This document shows, in pieces, positions 17,982 through 29,000 of a DNA stretch of 64,000 bases. Positions within the stretch are counted from its first letter, which is position 1. Each line of letters begins with the position of its first letter. The notes below the pieces were generated by a model that saw only the letters and a list, made by a program, of their open reading frames with translations, did not search any database and had not been told where the DNA came from. The translations under genes were made by a program, and so were the position numbers. Origin of the DNA: Planctomycetota bacterium (lineage in GTDB: Bacteria; Planctomycetota; JACOTG01); assembly GCA_016178505.1 (NCBI GenBank), contig JACOTG010000048.1, positions 5,110-69,109 of the forward strand, written 5' to 3'.

Positions 17982-19757
17982 TCACTTCTTCGCGGCCTCT
18001 TCCACGATGCGCGGAAGGAGGTTCTCCTCGCCGAGCTTCCAGCGCTGAACCTCCTTGCCGGCAACGAAGATCATCGGGATCGCCGTGAGGCCGAGCTTCT
18101 TCGCCGCCGCCACGTCGTCGCCGATCGAGTTCAGGAGCTCTGGAAGCTGCATGGCCTCCCACAAGACGTCGCCCTCGATGCCGATGGCCGTCGCCTCGGC
18201 CGAGACCGTGGCCTTGTTGAAGTCTCCTTGGTGCGTCATCAGCCAGTCGTGCATTTTCCAGAACGCCTCGATGCCGCCGAGCGCGGCGCTGGCCTCGGCC
18301 GCGCGCGCGGCGAGGCACGCGAGCGGGTGGAGAGTTTTCTCGGCCGTCCCGTTGCACTGTTGATCGACGGGGTAGTGGCGGAACGCGTACCTCACGTCCG
18401 AGCGCACCTTCACCATCGTGCGACACGTGCGATCGACTTCGGCCGTGTACGGCTCCTGGTAGTCGCCGAAGACGACGATGCTCACGGGCGCCGAGTCAGG
18501 GCCGAGCGTTCGGGGGAACGCGTCGGGCGGCATCGCCACGGTCGGTGCCTCGCGCCAGTCGCCGAGGCTCTTCTCGAGCGCCAACGCCGGTCGATCGGAC
18601 TCGGCCGTGGTCGCCGCCGGGCGCTTCGCCTCGAGCGTGGCGATCGTTCGCAGGACGGCGTCGGGCGCGTTCCAGCCGCGAAGCTCCACGCCGTTCACGA
18701 AGATCATCGGCGTCGTCGAGATCCCGAGCTTCATCGCCTCCGCAATGTCGGCCTGCACGTTTGCGAGCGTCTGCGGACCGTGAATGGCGGCGACGACTCG
18801 CGTGCGATCCAGCCCCAACTCCGCGAGCCCGCGGTCCAGTTCCTCGTTCGTGAACGAGCCGCCGCGTGCGAACAACCACTCGTGCATCTTCCAGAAGCCC
18901 GCCGATCCGCCGACCTGACCCGCGGCCTCGGCAGCGCGCGCGGCCCAACAAGCGTTCGCGTGCATCGTGGGCGCGTTCGGGTTGCACTCGGCGCACATGG
19001 GGAAGTGCTTCACGGAGAGCGACACGGAATCGTGCGTCTTCATCGCGGTGCGCAGCTCGCCCTCGATGCGCTTGCAGTCGGGGCACTGGTAGTCGGTGAA
19101 GACGACGATGCGGATCGCGGCGGGATCGGGTCCCAAGCGGTAGCGTCCGGTGAAGGTGCCCGTGAACTTTCCCATTTCCGACATCGACGCGGCGAGGTCG
19201 CGCTCGGCGCGCGCGCGCACGGCGCCGCGGGTGGAATGCTCCGCGAACGCGAGAAGTCCGGTCATCAGCGCGAAGGCCGCGACGCCGGTCGCGACTTGCC
19301 ATTTCGAAGGCGCGGCCGCCGGACGAGCGAGGCGTCCCCACTCGACGATTGCCCAAAAGACGACGCTTGCGACGTGAACCGCGAGGCACCACGGACAGAG
19401 GAGTTGCTCGCCGATCATCGCCCCGACGAACGTCGTCGACCCGAAGGCGCCGAGCCGCGAAAGCCAGGCGAGGCTCGGGCCCGGCGTGCCGCGCGCCGCG
19501 CTCCACGCCGCCGCAAGGCCCGCGAACCAGGCGACACCGAGGAACGAGACGGGCCAATCGACGAGCGGGACCTTGCCCCACGTGCTCGCCGCGAGCTTCG
19601 CGCACGCGCTCTCAGGCCCGCAGCCCGGAACGGCCATCGCGCCCAAGTGTCCGAGCGCCAGCACGAGCGCGCTTCCGCCCGCGACGACGAGCGCCACGAG
19701 CCCGAATCCAAAGCGGAGCGATGCCGACTGCGGTGGAGCGGGAACCGACTTCGTCAT
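17982..19757 (-). CDS. vitamin K epoxide reductase (VKOR) domain fused to two DsbA-like thioredoxin domains
   Basis: N-terminal VKOR-like transmembrane region with CxxC (CPWC). Two DsbA-like modules (DYQCPDC; FGDYQEP...QCNG). 591 aa. Confidence 0.75.
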   Translation of the reverse strand: MTKSVPAPPQSASLRFGFGLVALVVAGGSALVLALGHLGAMAVPGCGPESACAKLAASTWGKVPLVDWPVSFLGVAWFAGLAAAWSAARGTPGPSLAWLSRLGAFGSTTFVGAMIGEQLLCPWCLAVHVASVVFWAIVEWGRLARPAAAPSKWQVATGVAAFALMTGLLAFAEHSTRGAVRARAERDLAASMSEMGKFTGTFTGRYRLGPDPAAIRIVVFTDYQCPDCKRIEGELRTAMKTHDSVSLSVKHFPMCAECNPNAPTMHANACWAARAAEAAGQVGGSAGFWKMHEWLFARGGSFTNEELDRGLAELGLDRTRVVAAIHGPQTLANVQADIAEAMKLGISTTPMIFVNGVELRGWNAPDAVLRTIATLEAKRPAATTAESDRPALALEKSLGDWREAPTVAMPPDAFPRTLGPDSAPVSIVVFGDYQEPYTAEVDRTCRTMVKVRSDVRYAFRHYPVDQQCNGTAEKTLHPLACLAARAAEASAALGGIEAFWKMHDWLMTHQGDFNKATVSAEATAIGIEGDVLWEAMQLPELLNSIGDDVAAAKKLGLTAIPMIFVAGKEVQRWKLGEENLLPRIVEEAAKK

Positions 19758-20050
19758 TCGCGCGACGAGCCTCCGACAACGGTGATCGACAAAGGAGAAT
19801 CGGCGCGCGAGTGTATCCGAATCCGCGAGTCGTCGCCGAGAGATCGCTAACGGTTATCGTGGTGCCAACTGGACCCACGGGACAGAATGTTCGAACCGTC
19901 GCTGCTCGTGAGTGGGGCGGTCGGGGTCGCTGACGCTATGGACCGCCGCATGCTTGAATGCAAGTCCAGGTTCATGGTCAGCCCGGATAGAATCCGCTCC
20001 ATTCAGATTGTGGGACGCACCCATCCCAACGATGTGGAGGCTGCTGACCG

Positions 20051-22243
20051 GTGACCCTCACCCGAAGGCGCATGGCGTCGGCGATTCTGGCCGGACTCGT
20101 CTTACTGGGTACGGGCATGTTGATTTGGCGCATGATGCGCTCGGAAACGCCTGGGCCATCAAATGGCGCGACTCCTGCTCTGAGTGCGACGCGGACTGAG
20201 ACGCGATCTTCGACGACTACTGGGACTGAACGCGAACTCTCGCGATCGAGTGTCGCAGAACTCCAACGTTCTCCGTCGACGGCGAATCGCTTGGGCGCCT
20301 TGCGGGGTCGGGTGATTGGGCGCGCCGGAGAGCCGGTTTCGAGCGCAACGGTCGAGGTGCGGAAAAACTCGGCGAGCGACTCGTCCATATTGCGGCCAGA
20401 CGTGTCCGCGCCGCCCCTACGAAGTGTGGCGACGGATCGAAATGGAGAATTCAGCTTCGACCTTCCGGCTGGACGGTCGTTCGATCTTCGTGTGATGGCT
20501 GAGGGCTTTGCGCCGATCGTCCGGACCGACCGTTACGCGGGAGAGAACGTCCTCGTCGAAGTCGGACGCGGGGGAACGATCCGCGGAAACGTGAGCCGAT
20601 CGACCGACGGCACTCCGGTCGCGAATGCAATCGTTCGGCTGTCCGGCGGTGGCGCTGACATCGCGAGTCGCAGCGAGACGGACCCAGGAGGCCGCTACGA
20701 GATCGAAGTGGGCGATCCCGGAACGTACTGGTTGAGTGTCTATCCATCGGCGGATGGTGCAGTCGAATCACGAAGGATCGATCTCGAGGAAGGCGAGACT
20801 GTGCGCCAAGACATCGAGGTCGATCCCGGTGTCACCTTCTCGGGACGCGTGACCGATGCCCGAAGCCATGAGCCGATCATCGGGGCTCACGTGACGGATC
20901 GCGGTATCGGCGAGAGATTCGCGGAGACGAACTCGGACGGATACTTCATGCTCGACGGAATCAACCCAGCTCCTCAACGAGGGATTTTCATTCGCGCGAG
21001 CGCCCCGGATCATGCGACCGCGGAGCTCCATGTCGATTCGGCCACTGCGGCGGCGGCACCGCTCGAGTTCGCGCTCCAACGTGGCGGCGACGCACGCGGG
21101 GTCGTCATCGATGCGATGGGCAGACCCGCCTCGGACGTCGAGGTTTCGATACTCGTCATCGACCCTCGCTACATGATGCCGCGTCAAACCACACCGGCGA
21201 TTCTCAGCCGTGCCGACGGCGCCTTCGAGTTTCGAGAGCTGCGTCCCGATGCACGTCATCTCCTCATTGCACGGAAGGATGGTTTCGCGACCCGGACAGC
21301 CGTACTCGATTCGTTTGGCGAACATGCCGGCGTGGCCGATCTTGGCGTCTTTGCGCTCGATCCCCCCGCATCGATTGTCGGACGCGTCACGCGCGAAACG
21401 GGCGAGCCGGTTTCCGACGTGTTCGTGAAGATCGAGTCGTGCGACCGAAGCCGGGGATCGTCGGAAACGCCTCTCGATGCGATCGCGCTTTCGAGCTCGC
21501 GCTCACGGCGCACGGACACGACGGGCCGTTTCTGCATCACGGATTTGGCGGCAGGGCGATATCGGGTGAGTGCCCAGATTCAGGGGCGGCGCAACGACGC
21601 GAAGCGCGACATCGAATTGAAGGTCGGACAAGCGGTCGACGGAATCGATCTCGTCCTCGAGCAAGGACCCTCGATCAGCGGAAGGGTCGTCGATTCGTTT
21701 GGAAAGGGCGTTTCGTTCGTACGCATCGAAGCGTTCGCCGATTCCCTCCCGAAGTCGGCCAAGACGCGGCTCTCGACCGAATCCGACGGTTCCTTCCACA
21801 TCGAGGGGCTCGCCGAAGGAACGTACACCGTCACTGCGCAACGTGTCGAACTCAGCGGTAATCGAGGTGAGTCTCCATTCGGTGTAGGGATTGCCCGTGG
21901 AGTCGCCACCGGATCCGAGGCGCTTCAAATCGAACTTCGCCGTGCGCGACCGACGTCAGGCATTCTCCTCGATCACGAAGATCAGCCCGTCGCCGGCCTC
22001 ACGATTCTCGTATCCGATCCGATAGATCGATTCAGTGATGTCACGGTCACGGATGCCGAGGGTCGATTTTCGATCGTCATGCCGGAACCGGCGCAGTTGA
22101 ACTTCGACGTCGCGACCACGAGCGGATTTACACTCGACGTCTCGGGCCCCGGTACGGTCGAGGCTGCGGTGGCGGAGCGTGCCGTCACAGGAATCCAGTC
22201 GGGAGTGAGCGACTTGGTTTTTCGTCTAGTGCCTAAACGCTAG
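20051..22243 (+). CDS. membrane-anchored protein with tandem carboxypeptidase-regulatory-like (CarbopepD_reg) domains
   Basis: N-terminal transmembrane helix, then repeated G(R)V.D..G.PV beta-sandwich modules (GRVIGRAGEPVSSATV, ISGRVVDSFGKGVSFVRI, and others). Confidence 0.6.
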   Translation: MTLTRRRMASAILAGLVLLGTGMLIWRMMRSETPGPSNGATPALSATRTETRSSTTTGTERELSRSSVAELQRSPSTANRLGALRGRVIGRAGEPVSSATVEVRKNSASDSSILRPDVSAPPLRSVATDRNGEFSFDLPAGRSFDLRVMAEGFAPIVRTDRYAGENVLVEVGRGGTIRGNVSRSTDGTPVANAIVRLSGGGADIASRSETDPGGRYEIEVGDPGTYWLSVYPSADGAVESRRIDLEEGETVRQDIEVDPGVTFSGRVTDARSHEPIIGAHVTDRGIGERFAETNSDGYFMLDGINPAPQRGIFIRASAPDHATAELHVDSATAAAAPLEFALQRGGDARGVVIDAMGRPASDVEVSILVIDPRYMMPRQTTPAILSRADGAFEFRELRPDARHLLIARKDGFATRTAVLDSFGEHAGVADLGVFALDPPASIVGRVTRETGEPVSDVFVKIESCDRSRGSSETPLDAIALSSSRSRRTDTTGRFCITDLAAGRYRVSAQIQGRRNDAKRDIELKVGQAVDGIDLVLEQGPSISGRVVDSFGKGVSFVRIEAFADSLPKSAKTRLSTESDGSFHIEGLAEGTYTVTAQRVELSGNRGESPFGVGIARGVATGSEALQIELRRARPTSGILLDHEDQPVAGLTILVSDPIDRFSDVTVTDAEGRFSIVMPEPAQLNFDVATTSGFTLDVSGPGTVEAAVAERAVTGIQSGVSDLVFRLVPKR

Positions 22244-22427
22244 CCGTTCTCTCGCCGGGGCAACCCTTACGAACTCGCCACACCGCCGCACGCCAGTGCT
22301 CGATCGTGATCGCAAGGGCGAGTTGTCGCGCTCGTCGGGATCGAGGGTGCGGTCCGACGGTGTTCGCCCACGTCTTCAGGCTGTCGTAGTCAGCCTCTGC
22401 CGTCGAATCCGAACGTCTCGTTATCGG

Positions 22428-24302
22428 TCAGAAACTGTTGCCGGTGTTCCGGCTCGTGTTCGAAGACGAGCCGTAGTGGAAGCGGATGATCGCCGGCGGA
22501 TGGCGTCGCATGAGTTCGAGCTGCTCCGGCGTGAGCACGTGGTGGAACTCGCGCTCCATGCGCGCTTGAAGTACGAAGAAGTCCTCGTAGAGCCGCGCTT
22601 GTTCTGTGGGGCTGAGCGCCCGCGGGTTGGCGCCGTACTGTCCGTAGTCGCGCAGGAGTCGCTCGGCCTCGGTCGTGTAGCTTGCGGCGACGGACCGCAC
22701 CGCGCCCTGCTGGCTCTCGTCGAACGAGTAGGCCCAGTCCCATTGTTGGTAGACGTTTTCGGCGTACTTCCCACTCGCGACGTCGTCGAGCATCCCGATG
22801 TCGCCGATCGATTCGTCGCCTCGCATCAGTCGCCCGCTCACGTTCTGGATTGCGTCCCATTGCGCGCGCTGAGAATCGGTGAGCATCCCGTTCACGGAGT
22901 TCGTGATGTCGGAGATCAACTGCATCCGCGCGCGGTACAGCTCGACCGGGAGCGCCGTCGACGGATCGAGCTCCGACAGCCGGCCGGCGAGGAGAGATCG
23001 CGTCGTCTTGTCCAGCTCGGCGAGCTGACTCTCGGTGAGACCGAGGGACTTGCTGAACATGGCGTGGACGTAGTCGGGGAGAATCTTCGGATCGAAGAAA
23101 GGAACGGGCGACGCGGTCTTCACTTGCGCGACGAGCTTCATGTACTCGCTCAGCATGGCGGCCATCTTGGCTTGTTGCTCGGGAGTGAGCTTGTTCTCGT
23201 CCTTCATCGCGATCGCGAGGAGATCGACGTTGTTGGCGAGTAGCTCGGCGAACTTCGTCCAATCGATGGCATCGGGACCGACGAGCTTCGCTTTTCCGTC
23301 GCCGGCCTTCACCGCGGAGTTCGGTGAGGGCGCGAGTTCCGCGCTCGACGCGAGACGAGCGCGATCGGCCGACGCGAGCGCGTCCTGCGCGGTGCGCGCT
23401 TCGGCTTCCTTCTTGTGCAGCGCGTCGATGGTGCGCGCGTAGTCGGCCTTCAGTTTCTCGAACTCGGCCTTGCTGACGCTCGCAGCATCCGAGTGGGTCG
23501 CGTTCTTCTCGAGGGACGGGGCCGCGCCGTCGGCTCGGAGAATCGTACGGCCGGCCCACAGCCCCGCGCCGAGCGACACGATGCCGAGAATCAAAGCGCC
23601 GCCGATGATCTGCTTCGTCATGAGGATTCCTCCTAGGGTCAAACCGGTGCTGATCGTGGCCGTCGACGTCGCGTTCGCGGCGATCGTCATCAGCGATGCC
23701 GAGAGCTTCGCGGGTACGTGAAGCGCCGCCGACGAGCGCATGAGGCTCTCGACGTTCGGGACGACCGAGAGATAGCCCGCCGTCGCAAGTCCTCGCTTGA
23801 GCAGTTTCAGAGCTTTCTGAATTCGCGTCTGGGCGGTCGTGCGCGAGATCGCCAACGCCTCCGCGACCTCGAACTGCGACAGGCCTTGGTAGTAGTGCAA
23901 GAGGATCAGCGATCGCGACGCTTCCGGAAGTTTCGCGATCTCCCCCTCCACGACGGCCTCGAGTTCGCGATGCTCCAGCCGCTCTTTTTCCTCGAACTCG
24001 TCGCGCTTCATGGGCGCCTCGCTCTCCCTCTGCCGTCGCAGCTTGGAGTCTCGGATGAAGTTCCGGAGCACGCTCGTGGCCACTCGGTAGATCCACGGCT
24101 TCAGCGCGCGACGCGAGTCGTAGCGGTGAAAGTTGCGCAGCACCGTGATGAAGATTTCTTGGGTTGCGTCCGCGGCGTCGGCCTCGTTGCCGAGCATGCG
24201 GTACGCGAGGTTGTAGAGCGGACGCTGCCAGTCGAGGACGACTTGCGCGAGCGCCTCGCCGTTCCGGGATGGTTCGCTCGGTTCGAGCACGGCCGTTTCC
24301 AT
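22428..24302 (-). CDS. ECF (sigma-70 family) sigma factor fused to a transmembrane helix and a roughly 370-aa extracytoplasmic domain
   Basis: Region 2 (DATQEIFITVLRNFHRYD...KPWIYRVATSV) and region 4 (ILLHYYQGLSQFEVAEALAISRTTAQTRIQKAL). The frame continues through a transmembrane helix (IIGGALILGIVSLGAGLWAG) into a long Ala/Glu-rich domain. No stop codon at the junction, checked on the DNA. Confidence 0.7.
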   Translation of the reverse strand: METAVLEPSEPSRNGEALAQVVLDWQRPLYNLAYRMLGNEADAADATQEIFITVLRNFHRYDSRRALKPWIYRVATSVLRNFIRDSKLRRQRESEAPMKRDEFEEKERLEHRELEAVVEGEIAKLPEASRSLILLHYYQGLSQFEVAEALAISRTTAQTRIQKALKLLKRGLATAGYLSVVPNVESLMRSSAALHVPAKLSASLMTIAANATSTATISTGLTLGGILMTKQIIGGALILGIVSLGAGLWAGRTILRADGAAPSLEKNATHSDAASVSKAEFEKLKADYARTIDALHKKEAEARTAQDALASADRARLASSAELAPSPNSAVKAGDGKAKLVGPDAIDWTKFAELLANNVDLLAIAMKDENKLTPEQQAKMAAMLSEYMKLVAQVKTASPVPFFDPKILPDYVHAMFSKSLGLTESQLAELDKTTRSLLAGRLSELDPSTALPVELYRARMQLISDITNSVNGMLTDSQRAQWDAIQNVSGRLMRGDESIGDIGMLDDVASGKYAENVYQQWDWAYSFDESQQGAVRSVAASYTTEAERLLRDYGQYGANPRALSPTEQARLYEDFFVLQARMEREFHHVLTPEQLELMRRHPPAIIRFHYGSSSNTSRNTGNSF

Positions 24303-24534
24303 TGCTTCGTCACCTGTGTCAGACCCATGGATTACACGCTTCCGGCATGAGCGGACGGGAAATTCTGCGATGCGGTCGAAGATTTCGCGCGAAACATCCG
24401 CCGCGCTCTCGACCGAGCGAGATGAATTCCAAACCCCTCGGGCGCCATCACGTCTAAGGACCGCGGCGCACGCACGATGCCGACGCTGGTGAGCGCGCGG
24501 GGATGGCGACGGGAGACTTCACAGGAGACTCGAG

Positions 24535-26043
24535 ATGACGTCACGACTCATGCGACACGCACGGCTGTGCGTCCTGATCTTCGCGGCCGCCGCCCGCGCT
24601 TCGGCGGGAGGTCCGGCACTCGACCTCGACAACCGCTCCGTCGTCGACCACCTCGGAGGTCGCGGGCGGGCGTTCACGATGACTTCCGCCATTCTCGGCG
24701 AGACGCGGCGCATCGACGTCGCCACGCCGGAGTCGTTCGACGTCACCGGCCCCAATCGTCGCTATCCGGTGATCCTGGTGTTCGACGGCGAGTACAACTT
24801 CGCGCACACCACCGCGACGGCCCAGTATCTCGCCGAGGCCGGCCAAATCCCCGAGGCGCTCGTCGTCGCCGTCGAGAACATCGGCGGAAACGAGGAGCGA
24901 GTGCGCGACCTCACTCCGCCGGGACTTTCCGTGAGCGGCAGCAGCCTGAACGAAGGCGGCGATCGCTTTCTGGACTTCCTCGAGAAGGAGCTGCTCCCGG
25001 CGCTTGCGACGCAGTTTCGGGCAGGCCCGCCCAACGTGCTCATCGGTCATTCGTCCGGCGGGATCCTCGTGACGTACGCTGCGGCAACGCGCACGACGGT
25101 GTTTCCGTTCATCGTGTCGATCGACGCGCCGACGCACTTGCAAGACGGCTGGCTCGTGGCGCAGCTCGTTGCGAAGGCGCAGAAGCCCCCGGCGAAACCG
25201 CTGCGGTATGCGTCGCTCGAGTCACGCTTCGGTTGGTCGGACAAGGACTGGGCCGCGCTGCAATCGGCGGCGCCGGCGTCTTGGAAACTGCACCGCGAGA
25301 AACTCGCTCACGAAACCCACAACTCGATGCCGCTCCTCGCGACGTACCTCGGCCTGCGCGAAGTGTTCGCGGACTACTCGATGCTGGCGGCCCGCGATTC
25401 ACCGACGAGCGCGGCGCTCGAGCACTACCGCAAGTTCAACGAGTCGCTCGGCGTCACCGTCGTGCCGCCGCGCCCGTTGCTCGGTCGCGTGATCGAAGAC
25501 TTGCTGATCGAAGGCAACGCGAAGGTGGCTCAGTCCGCACTCGATTCGCTGATCGCCGGGTACGGCGACACTCCGAACGCTGCGACGATCCGCGCGCAAA
25601 TCGCGGAAGCGGCCAAGCTGCCGCCGCTGACGGAGACCGTCGAGGACTTGCTGAGCGCTCCGAAGCCCGACCCGAAAGCGATGGCTCCGTTCCTCGGAGA
25701 ATGGAACGGCACGATCCGTCACCGCGGCAGCATTCCCGAGCCCTTGCGCGTGCGTCTGGAAGTGCAGGGCGGCGTGGTCACGGGCGTGCTCACTCATTTC
25801 CCGGAACCGGGCGTGGAGCTGCCGATGCCGCTCCAATACGTCAAGATCGTGGAGGGCGGCTTGCACTTCGGCTTCATGAACGGGATGCGCCCGCGCGGCA
25901 TGATCGTTTACGAGGGCATTCTCCACGATGGCAAGCTCGAAGGCGAAGCGCCGATTCGCGGCGTGCGCTTCGAGCGTCCCCCCGGCGCGCCCGACACGCA
26001 CTTCTCGCTCCAGCTCACCAAGCCGGCGACGCGGAAGGTGTGA
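24535..26043 (+). CDS. secreted alpha/beta-hydrolase, putative esterase family
   Basis: Signal peptide, GHSSGG nucleophile elbow, about 500 aa. Confidence 0.65.
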   Translation: MTSRLMRHARLCVLIFAAAARASAGGPALDLDNRSVVDHLGGRGRAFTMTSAILGETRRIDVATPESFDVTGPNRRYPVILVFDGEYNFAHTTATAQYLAEAGQIPEALVVAVENIGGNEERVRDLTPPGLSVSGSSLNEGGDRFLDFLEKELLPALATQFRAGPPNVLIGHSSGGILVTYAAATRTTVFPFIVSIDAPTHLQDGWLVAQLVAKAQKPPAKPLRYASLESRFGWSDKDWAALQSAAPASWKLHREKLAHETHNSMPLLATYLGLREVFADYSMLAARDSPTSAALEHYRKFNESLGVTVVPPRPLLGRVIEDLLIEGNAKVAQSALDSLIAGYGDTPNAATIRAQIAEAAKLPPLTETVEDLLSAPKPDPKAMAPFLGEWNGTIRHRGSIPEPLRVRLEVQGGVVTGVLTHFPEPGVELPMPLQYVKIVEGGLHFGFMNGMRPRGMIVYEGILHDGKLEGEAPIRGVRFERPPGAPDTHFSLQLTKPATRKV

Positions 26044-26067
26044 CCGCGAACGCTCCCGGCGTCGGGT

Positions 26068-29000
26068 CTAGCGTGGAGTGCGCGTCGGCAGCGTGACGCG
26101 CACCTCGTGGTCGCGAGGCCCGACGATCTCGACGGGGATGTCGATGTCGGGATACTGGAGCACCGTGATGTGGAGCCTGTAGCTTCCGACAGGAAGCGCG
26201 TTCCTCAATATCGTGCGACCTCGGAAGAGAGAGCCCGCCCACTGAGAGCGCGACGAGCCGGCTTCGAAGATCTGCACGTTGCTCATCAGCGAATTCTGGG
26301 ACGCATCCAATAGCTGCTGCTCAAAGGCCACTTCACGTGTTGCAAACCGTTCGTCGTCGACGACGAGAACGATGCGGCCCGCCGGCTTGATGGGAAACGT
26401 CCGATCGATTCGGTCGCCGTCGGTGACGGTGAAGCGAGCGCCGGCGACTTGGAAGCTCCCGCGCGAATCTTCGCGAGCGTTCAGCTCGAGGACGTACTCG
26501 CCGGCCGGAAGGTGCATGAATTCGAATCGCCCGCGGGCGTCCGTGTGCGCGCTGCCTCGCGACCGGCGAGTCACGGCGTCGAGCGCTTCCACCTCGATGT
26601 CGGAGAGATCGACGACGTCGCCTGCGTCGAGCCTTCCGACGAGAGTTGCCGGCGGCGACAGCTCGATGCGAATCCCCGTGACGTCCTCGCCCGCACGAAC
26701 GGTCAACGGCCGCTTCGTCACCTCGTGCCCCGTCGATTCGGTGATTTCCATCGTGTAGTCGCCGGGCAGGACGTTCTCGAATTCGAAGTGCCACGCCATG
26801 GTGCGCGGGATCAAGGACCGGCCGTTGGCATGCTGCATCCACATCGAGTATCGCGTGACGCGCTTTCCATCGCGATCGAACACTGCGCCTTCGACGCGCT
26901 GGCCGGCGACGTGGCCGCCGGGAGGCGCGGACAGTTGGAGTTGGACGGGCTCGTCGCCGGCCGTGATGACCGACGCCTGCAGCCGGTACGGATTCACGAA
27001 GTTCCACGCTCGCACGCGGTAGGGGCCTTCCGGCAGATCCTCGAAGCGGAACCGGCCGGCTTCGTTCGTTTCTCGTGTCCCGAGGATTCCCGGGTCGAAG
27101 GGATTGGCCGTTCGATCGAGCGCGGTGTCGGCGTCGGCGCGCACCACGCGAACCTCTGCGCGCGCGGGCCGTCCGTCGGAGTCGACGACTCGTCCTTCGA
27201 CGACGTGCGCGGCTTGGAGCGTGACGCCGAGCGCGACGCCTTCGTCCGGATAGCAATCCAGCGTGACGCTGCTCTTCGCGAAACCGGGCGCTTCGATCTC
27301 CAGCATTCGCGGAAAATCAGTGGGACGGAAGCAGCGATCGAGACGGGCCATCCCTTTTTCGTCCGTTCGATCGCCCGGGTACGTGAGGAGGTATTGGACG
27401 AGCGCGCCGAACACCGGAGACCCACGATCGTCGGCGACGTGGATCTCGAAGCGGCTCGATCGATGAACGAGGCGAATCGTCACGTCCGCAGCATCCGGCG
27501 AATCGGCGACCTCGATCCCGCCTGACGTTCCGTCGTCGGTTCCGCTCCACACCCAGAAGGCCCCGCCGGTGTGAAAACGCGGGATCGCCGGAAACTCGAA
27601 ATGACCGTTCGCGTCGGCCGAGGTCTCCGCGCTCTGTTCGACTTGTCGAGTGAGCGGCGGGAGGTGAGCGCCGACCTCGATTCCGAGAAGCGAGTGAAGG
27701 TCGTAGCTCACGCCCGCTCCGGCGACGGGCCGATCTTCATCGTCGACGACCACGCCGCGCACGACGCGCGTTCGAACGAGACGCACTTCTTCGACGGGCG
27801 ACGACGACGTGTTCCAGGCGAGGCCGAACCGGCCGGACGCCCGAGCGACGATGCACAGCGGCTCCTCTCGAAAGGGCGCGCCGAGGACGACTTCGCCGTC
27901 CTCGTTCGTCGTCGCCTCGCCGAGACTCACGGCTCCGACGTATCCCGATTCGCGACCCGTGCCGACGCTCACCGTGCGTTCGCGTCCCGACCAAGCGGCG
28001 ACGTTCGCGTCCTTCACGGGGAGTTCGGTTTCCGCATCGAGAACGCGGACGCGCAATCCCTCTCCCGCGACGAGGTCGATCTCACGAGGATGCTCCCGAG
28101 TCGACGCGCCGGCGCGGAACCGGTCGTCCATGTCCAGCTTCAACGGTTGGTATCCGTCGCGCGAAATCCGAAGCTCGGTCGCGTCCCAGTATCTGCCGTT
28201 CCCCGGATCAGGAGTGGAGAAGCGGCCCTGCGAATCCGATTGCGTAAGCCCGCGCGAGACGACTCCGCCTCGCAGCACGAACGTCTCGGCGGATGCGCCG
28301 GCGAGCGGTTCGCCCGTGTCGCTGTCCCAGATGATGAAATACATCGTGCGCGCCGCCTCGAGTCGCAGCTCGACGTCGCGCGGTCTCGAGGCGACCACGA
28401 TGCGCGAGTCTTGTCGGTAGCCGTCGGCGTCGGCGACGACTCGCCGCACTCGCTCGCTGCCGGGGACCCGAATCTCGAACTCGCCTTCTGCGCCGCTCAA
28501 TGTCGCGGGCTTGCCGTCGAGCGTTCCCATCGAATCCGCCGAGCTGATGCGGAGACGAGCGCCGGCGATGGGTCGTCCGTCTTCGTCGACGACGCGCCCG
28601 TCGATGCGCCATGCATTCGGATCGACGGAAGGGACCGAGGACGTCGCCATCGCGTCGGGCGACTCCGGCGCGGAGGCGTTCAGGGGTAGAACGGAAGCCG
28701 TCGTCGACGCGGCGCCCGTCACCGCGGCGATGGTCGTCGCGCGCTCGTCGCGGCTCCCGGCGAAGCGCCACAGCGCCAAGACGGCGAGCAGCAGCAACGC
28801 CGCGATCCACACAACCTTCGCCTTCATCGCCATCACGCCTCCGACCACTGCGCCCACGCCCGTTCGCTTCGACTCGAGCCCGACGAGCGGCAAGAGCGCG
28901 AGCCGCCATTCGCGCGCGTCGTCGCCATGTCGCCGGAGCAACTCGACTCTCAGCATCGCGAGCCCGCGCTTCACTCGCGTGCGCACGGTCTCGACCGGCG

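Noticed and set aside
22428-24302. Interpreting the ECF sigma and its C-terminal part as two separate genes (sigma plus anti-sigma).
   Set aside because: There is no stop codon anywhere in the frame, and the DNA across the junction translates continuously. It could only be split by an unseen sequencing error.
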